Shown here: in pieces, positions 1 through 8,499 of the stretch
Numbering within the stretch: position 1 is the stretch's first letter
Layout of the letters: every line of letters begins with the position of its first letter
Assembly: GCA_965249725.1 (NCBI GenBank)
Contig: CBDFMQ010000002.1
Location: 2,304,001-2,368,000, forward strand
Source: Longimicrobiales bacterium
GTDB lineage: Bacteria > Gemmatimonadota > Gemmatimonadetes > Longimicrobiales > Gaopeijiaceae
Length of the DNA stretch: 64,000 bases
Direction: 5' to 3'
Position numbers and translations under genes: made by a program
The notes under the pieces: model-generated
What the model was told of the DNA's origin: nothing
Database searches by the model: none
The model's input: only the letters and a program-made list of their open reading frames with translations

Positions 1-84
1 AACGGTTTGGGCCCCGACGGTTGTGGCCGTCGTGAGGAGGAGCGCCGACAACCATCCGGCCGACAAGCTGGCCGTACCTCGCAT
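1..84 (-). CDS. 5' end of a secreted protein gene running off the window (partial)
   Basis: ATG at 84 preceded by GGAGG; MRGTASLSAGWLSALLLTTATTVGAQTV is a signal-peptide-like sequence, open to position 1. Confidence 0.6.
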   Translation of the reverse strand, partial: MRGTASLSAGWLSALLLTTATTVGAQTV

Positions 85-293
85 GCTTGCCTCCTTCCCT
101 TCTGAAGCGGTCGATTCCATTACGGACGACTACAGTTGGTCACCAGTGACCTCAACGCCTCTTTGAATCCCACAGTCCCCGACGGCAGGCTGAGTTCTTT
201 CCCCTTCCCTTTTCCCTGAGCATTTCGGCAGTAGGGTCCGGTTCACCCACAGAAGGCACAGGCCGTTCAGGTGCGATCCAAATCGCATGCCCA

Positions 294-1562
294 CTACCGT
301 ACCCATTCCGGTGTGAGCCCAGCTATCCCCAACTCAACGACATCGGCACCGTCTGCTCGCATCACGTATATGCTGTGGGGTCCAAGAATGGACATTCGCT
401 GGCCTCTCGCGTCCCACACTAAGCCCCCGGGACAGGCTACATGGAACACGATCCAGCCGCCGTCGGGGGACCACTTCGGGGTCAAGGCATCGCACCCGGC
501 GAGCGCCGTCAATTGCTCGATGCCGGTGCCATCGGGGTTCATGACGAAGATCGTCTTGCCCTGATCCAGCTCTCTCACGAACGCAATCCGGGCTCCGTCA
601 GGCGACCAACTCGCCTCCCCGTCTCCACCCCACGTACCGTCCGTGAGTTGCTCCACATCGCTGCCATCGGGATTCATGACGAAGATGCTCCCCAGGACGA
701 AAGGCCCTTGGAAGTCGGGTCCTCCGGCGCGATGAAAAGCGATTCGGGTACCATCGGGGGACCAGTCCGGTCTGTCGTGTGTTGGCCCGTTCCCGGAAAT
801 CTGCGTGAGCCCGGTGCCATCGGGATTGATGACGAAAACCCTCTTCGCTGTGCTATATGCACCTGCGGAGTACGCGATCCTGAAGCCATCCGGGGACCAT
901 GTAGGGGAAATGTCATCCCAGTTGTTGGTATCCGAACCAATCCCGGCAGAGCCGGTCAGCTGAACCTGGCCCGAGCCGTCCGCGCGCATAATGAAGATGT
1001 GGGGGAATCCATCATCATCGCCCTGGAATAAGGGGATGTCTTGTTCGTAGGCGATCTGCTCTCCGTCGGGACTGACCGAAAAGCTCAGGACGTCACGGGG
1101 TCCGAACGTTCTGCTTTCGCCTCCGATCGCATTCATCGACGAGAACCTCCGAAAAGCCCCGATGCCGCCCAATGTATAGTAGATCGTCCCTGAATTCGGC
1201 GGCAGGCAGAACACGGTTAGCGTGTACGTGTTCGATCCGGCCGGGTGATCAACTGTCGTCTGGCGACAGTTCGACGCCACACCGGTCAGCTGGAGAGTGT
1301 GCAATGCGACCGCCAGGTCGCGAACGGTCAACTGTTCGCTTGGGCCGATCGAGACTCCAGGCCGTCCGTCGACGACCAGCGAGTAGCCGTCTAGATCCTG
1401 CTCGTCACCCACCGTTCTGGTCGTGACGAGGATCTCTTCGCCCTGCGACCCCGGTGGTGGCTGAACCGGTGGTTGAACCGGACCGTCCGAGCCGCCGCAT
1501 CCCCAGAGCACGAGGCAGGTCGCTAACCCGGGCAAAGAAAGCCTAGAGGTAGTCATTGTCAC
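294..1562 (-). CDS. TolB-like/PD40-repeat beta-propeller lipoprotein
   Basis: Lipobox LWGC; repeated WSPDG-x-RIAF and IFVMNPDG motifs. Confidence 0.85.
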   Translation of the reverse strand: MTMTTSRLSLPGLATCLVLWGCGGSDGPVQPPVQPPPGSQGEEILVTTRTVGDEQDLDGYSLVVDGRPGVSIGPSEQLTVRDLAVALHTLQLTGVASNCRQTTVDHPAGSNTYTLTVFCLPPNSGTIYYTLGGIGAFRRFSSMNAIGGESRTFGPRDVLSFSVSPDGEQIAYEQDIPLFQGDDDGFPHIFIMRADGSGQVQLTGSAGIGSDTNNWDDISPTWSPDGFRIAYSAGAYSTAKRVFVINPDGTGLTQISGNGPTHDRPDWSPDGTRIAFHRAGGPDFQGPFVLGSIFVMNPDGSDVEQLTDGTWGGDGEASWSPDGARIAFVRELDQGKTIFVMNPDGTGIEQLTALAGCDALTPKWSPDGGWIVFHVACPGGLVWDARGQRMSILGPHSIYVMRADGADVVELGIAGLTPEWVR

Positions 1563-1828
1563 CCTAGTTCTATTGTAGGTCGGGGTCTGTGTCGTAGCCC
1601 GTTAGCTCTATGACTGAGGCACTAGCCAGAATGAGGTCGTCGCCACTGCAGCAATTCTTGCGCTCGCTCTTCGACTGAGCCTCCATGGAGGCATTGTTGA
1701 AGGTCACGGTCATAGTCTCCTCGGGCTCGGGCGGAAAGATGCTGCCCGGCGAACCGGAGGCGTTGTTGCCGAGTGTGGAGGCGCCGTGGATAACGGCAAC
1801 CGAACGAAGATGTCTTGGTCGGCTCACT

Positions 1829-4021
1829 TCAGTTCCTCCCAGTCTGACCAAGGTGTGCCTTCGTCCAGATCACCACGGCTCCGCAACCCCCGGATCCAGC
1901 CAGCCATTCCGGTAGGCCTGCCGCACTAGGATAGACCTCCATCGCCGCGACGCTGAGGGGGCTTAAGGACTCATTCCATGAGCTCGGCCTGCCCGAACCA
2001 CCCACCTGCACCACCACACCATCAACGCTGACGCTTGGTCGACACGACCGTCCCCTGGTAAACAGGTCCCAGCGCCCCGAACCCGCTGGATTGCCTTGGG
2101 TGCCATTCATGCCCCTAAGCAGGTCCCTCGAACTCGGTCGTTCAGGAAGTGCGACCACCCCAGGGATGTCCCTGAACAGATCCTGCAGGGAGGTCAAACC
2201 CGGCTTGGTTTCAAAATCCTGTGGGGTGAGAAAGTGCCCGAATCCCATCCTCTGGCGATCATAGAAGCCGTCGCGAACCAAGGCCAGCGACTGTGCGTCA
2301 ACGACCGCTTCGACCTCATCCAGCAGGAGCGGGTCGACCTGCAGCCGAAGCTCAGCCATGGCGGCTTGCCCCGGCCCCATCACAAACGCATCCGAAACAG
2401 AGGGCTCGTATCCAATGCGTCTTGCTCGAAGGCGGTACGAGCCAACGGTCGGCAGTCGAGCAATAAAGCGTCCATCCCCGTCGGTGACGTATCGGCCTAC
2501 CACCGCATCGCTGGTGTCCAACAGGGTTACTTCAGCCGTCAGGATTGGTACCCCCGATTCGTCTTCGACGACGATGCCTCGGATGGAGTGCGCGGAGGAC
2601 ATTGGGGCACGCCCGGGGGTTGGGGCTGCAACGCCCCCGCCAGACGTCGAGATCAGGCCCAGGGTCGGAGCCGCCGGGCCCAGGGGGGCGACTAGATGAG
2701 GGTAGGACACCAAGGACATCCCGGCGCTTGGCTCAAAGTACTCCGGAAGGGATTCGAGGACGGTTCGGAGTTCATTACCGATCAATGGCACATCATCGGG
2801 AGGGTTAGACACAGGCGATGAGTCGACGAGGTCTAGGCGTGTCATGTCGGGTTGGTCGGCACTAGTCCAGCGCGCTCCTTCGGCCTTCGCGGAAGCGATC
2901 TCGGCGGGAGGAAGAGCCGGAGCAGCGGCCACGGTTCCTACACCGACGCCGAGCCCGATGATGAGCGTCGAGACCCGCCGGCACAAACTCACGCCACCTC
3001 GGTGACGCCCAGGGTCGAGCACAGCCAGCAGGCGCTCGCCCAATTGTGACGGTCGAGCCATCCTGATCGCACCCGGCGTGAAACCCGAAGTCCTCAAGCT
3101 GGTCACCACCTCAAGGAGATCACGCGCGTACTGGGCTGGACTAGAGCCCCCAGCTAAGACGAGGTCGTCGCACGCGTGCTCCCGCTCCATGCGCATGCGG
3201 GATGCCGCGAGCCATACGATCGGATTGAACCAGTGGATCGCACATGCCACCTCGCAGATCAATAGAGCGACGGGGTCTCCGCGCTTAAGGTGGGCCATCT
3301 CGTGAAGCAGGACGTTCCGGAGCCGACTCTTGGTCCAAACCTCGGCCTGAATCGGTAGGAGGACTCGCGGGCGGGCGATCCCCCACGTTAGAGGCATCGG
3401 TGCTTCGTCGCTTACGAGGAGAGTCGGTGCAGATCGTAGACCGAGCTGTCGGGCGACCTCATCACGCAGTTCGATCCAATCACCGCCGCGAACCCTTCGC
3501 GCCCTCCTCCCCAACACACTAACACGTAGTAATCCTGCGACCAGAAAGAGGAGGATCGCGGCTGAGATCAACGCCCAGAGCCCCAATAGGGCGCGCCAGG
3601 GAGACTGCAACCGGCGTGTGGAAGGAGGTCGAACGGCGGGTAGGACCGAGCCGACGTCATTAAGGTTTCGGACCTCACTCAGGTCCGTAGCAGTTGTGGT
3701 CGGGTCGGACGGAGTCGTCTTTGGTGTCTCAACGAACTGCGGAGGCGACAGGCGCGGGTATATCGGAGCCTCAGTTAGGGTCGCGAGCCAACTGGGAAGG
3801 ATCGCCCACGACGGAGCGAAGCGCCCCGCCACCGGGAGCAGCAAGAGGCAACAGAACGACGTGGTCCAAACCATGTGACGAGTTGCGGCACCCGCCGTCC
3901 GAAATAGCAATGTCGTGCACCAGGCAAGCATCATGAGGAAACTGGCTCGGGCAAAGAAGAGGAGTAGGTTCGCCCCTGCCATATCGCGGCCAAGCTCGAA
4001 TAAGAAGTCTGCAGTCATCAT
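1829..4021 (-). CDS. M56 (BlaR1/MecR1-type) peptidase fused to a carboxypeptidase-regulatory-like domain and a TonB-plug-like C-terminal domain
   Basis: N-terminal TM helices; LLHEMAHLKRGD (HExxH); WFNP...EHACDD; later GIVVEDESGVPI...ARRIGY and terminal CGAVVIWTK. Start moved to ATG 4021 because the longer ORF begins inside the IS. Confidence 0.85.
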   Translation of the reverse strand: MMTADFLFELGRDMAGANLLLFFARASFLMMLAWCTTLLFRTAGAATRHMVWTTSFCCLLLLPVAGRFAPSWAILPSWLATLTEAPIYPRLSPPQFVETPKTTPSDPTTTATDLSEVRNLNDVGSVLPAVRPPSTRRLQSPWRALLGLWALISAAILLFLVAGLLRVSVLGRRARRVRGGDWIELRDEVARQLGLRSAPTLLVSDEAPMPLTWGIARPRVLLPIQAEVWTKSRLRNVLLHEMAHLKRGDPVALLICEVACAIHWFNPIVWLAASRMRMEREHACDDLVLAGGSSPAQYARDLLEVVTSLRTSGFTPGAIRMARPSQLGERLLAVLDPGRHRGGVSLCRRVSTLIIGLGVGVGTVAAAPALPPAEIASAKAEGARWTSADQPDMTRLDLVDSSPVSNPPDDVPLIGNELRTVLESLPEYFEPSAGMSLVSYPHLVAPLGPAAPTLGLISTSGGGVAAPTPGRAPMSSAHSIRGIVVEDESGVPILTAEVTLLDTSDAVVGRYVTDGDGRFIARLPTVGSYRLRARRIGYEPSVSDAFVMGPGQAAMAELRLQVDPLLLDEVEAVVDAQSLALVRDGFYDRQRMGFGHFLTPQDFETKPGLTSLQDLFRDIPGVVALPERPSSRDLLRGMNGTQGNPAGSGRWDLFTRGRSCRPSVSVDGVVVQVGGSGRPSSWNESLSPLSVAAMEVYPSAAGLPEWLAGSGGCGAVVIWTKAHLGQTGRN

Positions 4022-4108
4022 GTCTCGCCGCGTTGCCCTCTCTGCCAACTTAGGTGAGACACGGAACGAGTAAAGAATTAGAGTAGGGCGAAGGCAGAGA
4101 AACCGAGG

Positions 4109-4561
4109 ATGCTGAGACACCGAGAGAGAATGGAAGAGAATGGAATCGCCCCACTAACCTGGGAGGGTAAGCGAAGCGCGGCAGCTGCTCCGGACGCGGA
4201 GGTGGTAGATAAGCCGACGCGCCGACGGTTTAGTCCGTCGTACAAGCTGCGGGTCGTCGAAGAAGCGGACCGGTGCACGGAGCCGGGAGAGGTAGGGCGA
4301 CTCCTGCGACGGGAGGGCTTGTACTCGTCGCACCTGACGACATGGCGCAAGGCGGTGCGGAGTGGGTCGCTGAGAGCGCTGTCGAAGAGACGAGGTCGAA
4401 AGCCGAGCGAACGGAATCCGCTGGAGGGGAAAGTGCGCAAGCTGGAGCGCGAGAACACTCGCCTGGAGAAGGAACTCGAGAAGGCGCGCCTGATCCTCGA
4501 CGTCCAGGGAAAAGTTGCAGGGCTGCTGGGATTGAGCCTCAAGGACGGGACGAACTCGTGA
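4109..4561 (+). CDS. IS3-family transposase OrfA (HTH)
   Basis: RRRFSPSYKLRVVEEA...LLRREGLYSSHLTTWR then a coiled coil; start may be ATG 4130. Confidence 0.85.
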   Translation: MLRHRERMEENGIAPLTWEGKRSAAAAPDAEVVDKPTRRRFSPSYKLRVVEEADRCTEPGEVGRLLRREGLYSSHLTTWRKAVRSGSLRALSKRRGRKPSERNPLEGKVRKLERENTRLEKELEKARLILDVQGKVAGLLGLSLKDGTNS

Positions 4562-5565
4562 AGGCGGCCGAGGCGCTGGCCACGTACGTAGGGGTAAAGC
4601 CCGCGTGCGATGCGCTCAGGGTCGCCCGAGCCACGTTCTATCGTCGTCGGAGGCCATCGACCGGGCATCAGCAGCCCCGCCCGACCCCAGCCCGTGCCTT
4701 GAGCGAGAAGGAACGAGACAAGGTCTTCGACACGCTGTGTTCGGAGCGATTCGTGGACCGGTCCCCGGCCGAGGTTGTGGCGACCCTGCTCGACGAAGAC
4801 GTCTACCTGTGCAGCGAACGTACGATGTATCGCGTTCTGGCCTCCCAAGTGCCAGTTCGAGAGCGCCGAGCGCAGCGGAGTCATCCCGAATACCAGAAAC
4901 CCGAGTTGATGGCGACGGGCCCGGGCCAGGTCTGGTCCTGGGATATCACACGGCTGCTGGGGCCGAGGAAGTGGAGCTACTTCTACCTCTACGTTATCAT
5001 GGACATCTTCAGCCGCTACATCGTGGGATGGATGGTGGCGGATCGGGAGAGCTCGGCCTTGGCCGGGCGCCTGATCCAGCAGAGTTGCCTGAAGCATGGC
5101 GTCCAGCCCCAGGTCCTGACCTTGCACTCGGATCGAGGAGCTCCGATGACGAGCCAATGCACGGCTCAGCTCCTCGCCGATCTCGGGGTGACCCGCTCGC
5201 TGAGCCGACCTCAGGTGTCGGATGACAATCCGTTCTCCGAAGCCCAGTTCAAGACCTTGAAGTACCATCCCTCGTTTCCTGGACGGTTCGAGGATCAGGG
5301 CCAGGCCAAAACCTTCTGTCGCTCGTTCTTCCGCTGGTACAACGCCGAGCACCGCCATGGTGGTATCTCGATGCTGACCCCCGAACAGGTCCACTTCGGG
5401 AATGCAGATCAGGTCATCGCCGGCAGGCAGGCCGTGCTACGCGAGGCCTGGGCCGCTCATCCCGACCGCTTCGTCTCCGGTGAGCCGAAGCCCAAACCGC
5501 TCCCGGAGGCCGTCTGGATCAATCCTCCAACCCCCTCCCTCACGACACAGGAGATTGCTCTCTAA
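4558..5565 (+). CDS. IS3-family transposase OrfB (rve/DDE integrase core)
   Basis: WSWDIT, DIFSRYIVGW, LHSDRG, DNPFSEAQFKTLK; GTG overlaps the orfA stop (GTGA). Confidence 0.9.
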   Translation: MKAAEALATYVGVKPACDALRVARATFYRRRRPSTGHQQPRPTPARALSEKERDKVFDTLCSERFVDRSPAEVVATLLDEDVYLCSERTMYRVLASQVPVRERRAQRSHPEYQKPELMATGPGQVWSWDITRLLGPRKWSYFYLYVIMDIFSRYIVGWMVADRESSALAGRLIQQSCLKHGVQPQVLTLHSDRGAPMTSQCTAQLLADLGVTRSLSRPQVSDDNPFSEAQFKTLKYHPSFPGRFEDQGQAKTFCRSFFRWYNAEHRHGGISMLTPEQVHFGNADQVIAGRQAVLREAWAAHPDRFVSGEPKPKPLPEAVWINPPTPSLTTQEIAL

Positions 5566-5682
5566 TTAATTCCCAAGAGTGTCTCACTGGCGTTGACAGG
5601 CTCCGAACCCCCTCCCTCACGACACAGGAGATTGCTCTCTAATTAATTCCCAAGAGTGTCTCACTGGCGTTGACAGGCTCCG
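5529..5682. repeat. Exact 77-bp tandem duplication of the IS right end
   Basis: 5529-5605 equals 5606-5682 (aaccccctccctcacg...gttgacaggctccg). Confidence 0.95.
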
Positions 5683-6045
5683 TTGCGCCCTGTCGATCAT
5701 GTCCCGGAGTCGTTGCAGTTCGTCTTCAGACATGTCTCTGGAAGAGAGATCGAGCAGTGCGGCCACTGCCCTCTCCGTCGAATTGTCGAAGAACGTGGTG
5801 AGGACCCGCTTCAGGGCCGATTCGGTAGCCACGTCCCGGGATCTCACAGGGGCATATATGTAGCGTGTGCCCTCTCGGTGATGGGTGAGGTGTCCCTTCT
5901 TCTCCAACGTGCCCAACATCGCGCGGACCGAGGAATAGCCGGGAGGGTCGGAGATGGCCTCGCGCACTTCGCCCACCCCGGCTTCACCGAGCCGATAGAT
6001 CGCATCCATGATCTGCCGCTCTCGGCGCGTTAGTGTCTCGTCCAT
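5617..6045 (-). CDS. BlaI/MecI/CopY-family repressor; last codons replaced by IS sequence
   Basis: LTRRERQIMDAIY...YSSVRAMLGTLEKKG...RYIY...FFDNS; reads into the IS after DRAQR. Confidence 0.9.
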   Translation of the reverse strand: MDETLTRRERQIMDAIYRLGEAGVGEVREAISDPPGYSSVRAMLGTLEKKGHLTHHREGTRYIYAPVRSRDVATESALKRVLTTFFDNSTERAVAALLDLSSRDMSEDELQRLRDMIDRAQRSLSTPVRHSWELIREQSPVS

Positions 6046-6333
6046 CGGCTCCACTCTCTGCGAGTTAAGTAGCACCTGCGAGATAACTCGCAGAATGCGA
6101 GGCGTCAAGCGCTAACGCCAAGGGCGCTGGCGAGACGGTTTCTTCAGCCGGGAATCAGCGTCAGGAGATTGAGGAGGAGCTGGCTGGGGTCTCGTAGGCC
6201 GACTCTGCGTGACATCAAGTTTGAAGTGCAACGCCACCTATCTCGAGACGCCGAATAGGCGTCGCCAACAACACTCGATTGTGCCCTCCAGTAGTCATGA
6301 AGTCCCCCGAGTCCCCTCCCCTACCGCCGAGTT

Positions 6334-6443
6334 CCCGCCAGGTAACCGGAGTTTTTGGGGCCCCACGTGGGGTCCCGTAGCCCCAAGTCCACCCCTCACT
6401 CACCGACACAAAAAAGCCGGAAGCCTAGATCCCTCCTGATCTT
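6334..6443. repeat. Diverged copy of the 110-bp block next to the tRNA-Lys 3' end (att-arm-like)
   Basis: Ungapped hand alignment to 15561-15670 gives about 14 mismatches in 110 bp. Confidence 0.85.
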
Positions 6444-6851
6444 GAGCGCGACAAGCACGCCCAGTGGTTCTACGGCAAGCTGACTTGCCCCTATATCGAC
6501 GGGCGTAGGGGTGAACGACTCGAACTGCTCGAGGATCCGGAGGCGCTCCTCCTCACGGTCGAACCCCTTCCGTGGGTCGCAGTCGACGTGGTAGAAGGCG
6601 AGGCACGCGACATCCTCTTTCTTGGCTTTCTTCCTCACCACCGCACGGAGAGGGTTTACGGAAAAGTAGAGATTGTGGGTGCCGCTGTAGTTCTTCAAGA
6701 ACGCTCGTATCTCTTCGGGCCGATCGCTCGGGAAGGTGCGAGTAATCGTTCGGCCGCCTCTGGGCGGGATCGCCGATAAGGTGATGAGCCCCCCCTGCGC
6801 ATGATCCAAGAGGAAGCGTACCGCGAGGTCGAGGTCGGATCGGAGGGTCAT
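6396..6851 (-). pseudogene. Truncated phage/plasmid-type primase (RepB-like N-terminus)
   Basis: NLYFSVNP...KAKKEDV...HVDCD motif; ATGA-coupled to the upstream HTH gene; C-terminus runs into the att-arm-like repeat. Confidence 0.55.
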
Positions 6852-7072
6852 AAGATCGCCTCCTCCTTTCGCCATCCGTGGGCGAGTGATTTCCCCCCGT
6901 TTCCAACAAACTCCTCAATCTGGTGGGCGTCGAAACGCACAGTGCGACCCAAACGCACGCAGGGGATTACTCTCTCTCTAGCGAGCTCGTAGACCCTAGC
7001 CGTTGAAATGCTGAAGGCGTCGGCCACCTGCTCCGCGGTGAGAAAACACATCCACTTCCTGTCAGTATCCAT
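6848..7072 (-). CDS. Excisionase-like HTH DNA-binding protein
   Basis: LTAEQVADAFSISTARVYELARERVIPCVRLGRTVRF. Confidence 0.8.
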   Translation of the reverse strand: MDTDRKWMCFLTAEQVADAFSISTARVYELARERVIPCVRLGRTVRFDAHQIEEFVGNGGKSLAHGWRKEEAIL

Positions 7073-7187
7073 AACGACTCCGTCGGTTTGGCCTCCCCCG
7101 AGACTGACCCCAACAGGGAGGGCGGTAACTGGGTAGACGTGCCATCTACGAGTCGCAATTGTATGCTATCGCTCTAAGGAGTCTTAT

Positions 7188-7835
7188 ATGGATATTACGG
7201 AATGGCGCACCTGGGCTACTGATAGCCTCCGAGTAGAGGCTATCCCGGACGAGGTTTGGGACTTCGTAGAGAAGAGGCGGTTCGTCGCCGAGAATATGGA
7301 CGACCAAGAAAAGAAGTCGCTGCTCGAGGTCATCCGTGATTTACGCACCCTGTACGGAGGCAGAAGTCAAGCTGCGAGGCAGCCGCCATCGAGATTCGAA
7401 TTCGTCGAAGATGCGTTGTCGCCTTATGTGCAGAAGCGCGTTCAGGCGACCACCCTGCTCGGGGACGTGCCAGAGGATCATCTCCCCGTGGCGATTACCG
7501 GCACCATAGAGGACGGGTGGATCTCGGTAAGCGCCGAGCCGTGGGTACCGGCAAGGGACTTCCAGCGGTACTACCGGGTGCTACAGAATCTCGTCTTCGA
7601 TGGAAGACGCGTTCGACCTATGAAGACTGAGACGCTCAAGATGTTTCGGTGGACCACCCAACGTCGTCATGAGAACGCTGACGAGACCTGGGACGCAACG
7701 AGGCGAGCCTGGAACAGAAGTCACTCGAGGCACTATTCGGAAACATCAAATCTTCATCGTGACTACCATCGAACGAAGAAGTCCATCGATGAAGTGAAGC
7801 GGAAGACGAGGAAGTTGACTTCCGCTTCTGAGTAG
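7188..7835 (+). CDS. Hypothetical protein, divergent from the xis-primase genes
   Basis: 215-aa ORF with AAGGAG RBS; no motif recognised. Confidence 0.6.
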   Translation: MDITEWRTWATDSLRVEAIPDEVWDFVEKRRFVAENMDDQEKKSLLEVIRDLRTLYGGRSQAARQPPSRFEFVEDALSPYVQKRVQATTLLGDVPEDHLPVAITGTIEDGWISVSAEPWVPARDFQRYYRVLQNLVFDGRRVRPMKTETLKMFRWTTQRRHENADETWDATRRAWNRSHSRHYSETSNLHRDYHRTKKSIDEVKRKTRKLTSASE

Positions 7836-8272
7836 GAGGCACGGGCCGAACAGCCACAGCCGAGATGCCCGAAACCCCACCCTTAGTCCCACCGCTATGA
7901 GGTACCCTTTTCGGGGGGCACCTCCACCCGAAGATCTCCTACCTACAGCGATCCGCCGGCGGGTGCCGGTAAACCCAAGATACCCGACCCCCTACCCTAG
8001 TCTCCCGCTCGGGCACCGCCCCAGGGCATCTTCGAGTTCGATCAGACCGACGGGTTCGACCCCACTGACCCGGAACCCATTCCCGAATTCGAGTTCGATC
8101 AGTCGCTGCCTGACTGAAAGCACACCGACCGGCCATGGACCCTACGTCCCCGACTCGGGGCCGGCGCCGTGCGGCATCTCTTGCCCATCCACGCATCCCT
8201 TCGTCTCGTCTTTGCACGGCCGGACCGCGAGCATTCACCTGAACCTGTGGTCAGCATTGTAAAGGGACGATC

Positions 8273-8390
8273 TCGCCTCGCTCAGGAAGGGTGCCGGACT
8301 CGAAAGGGTCTTTGAAATGCCTATCCTTGGATGTCGCCTCGCTCAGGAAGGGTGCCGGACTCGCATAGGGTCTTTGGAATGCCTATCCTT
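8273..8390. repeat. Two-copy tandem repeat, 61-bp period
   Basis: tcgcctcgctcaggaagggtgccggactcg...gcctatcctt at 8273-8328 and 8334-8390. Confidence 0.9.
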
Positions 8391-8499
8391 CTCGTTCGGG
8401 GCCACGCATTCGGCGGGCGGATCCGTCGCGGCGTGGGCTCGTGGGCCCATCACCCGCCTGAACGCATCCTTTGACGGTTTCAAGTACCGAGGAGTGATC

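Larger units (their letters stand above)
4037..5680 (+). mobile_element. IS3-family insertion sequence with tandemly duplicated right end
   Basis: orfA plus DDE orfB; imperfect IRs TGCCAACTTAGGTGAGACAC (4043-4062) and GTGTCTCACTGGCGTTGACA (5579-5598, again 5656-5675), 15/20 match; flanking direct repeat CGTTGC at 4031-4036 and 5681-5686. Confidence 0.85.

Noticed and set aside
1570..1851. 93-aa ORF between the M56 and TolB-like genes
   Set aside because: Possibly a gene fragment, but no recognisable motif or clear start supports a call.
6481..6500. TGACTTGCCCCTATATCGAC as an IS3-type terminal repeat at the primase truncation point
   Set aside because: Suggestive only; no partner repeat or transposase is adjacent.
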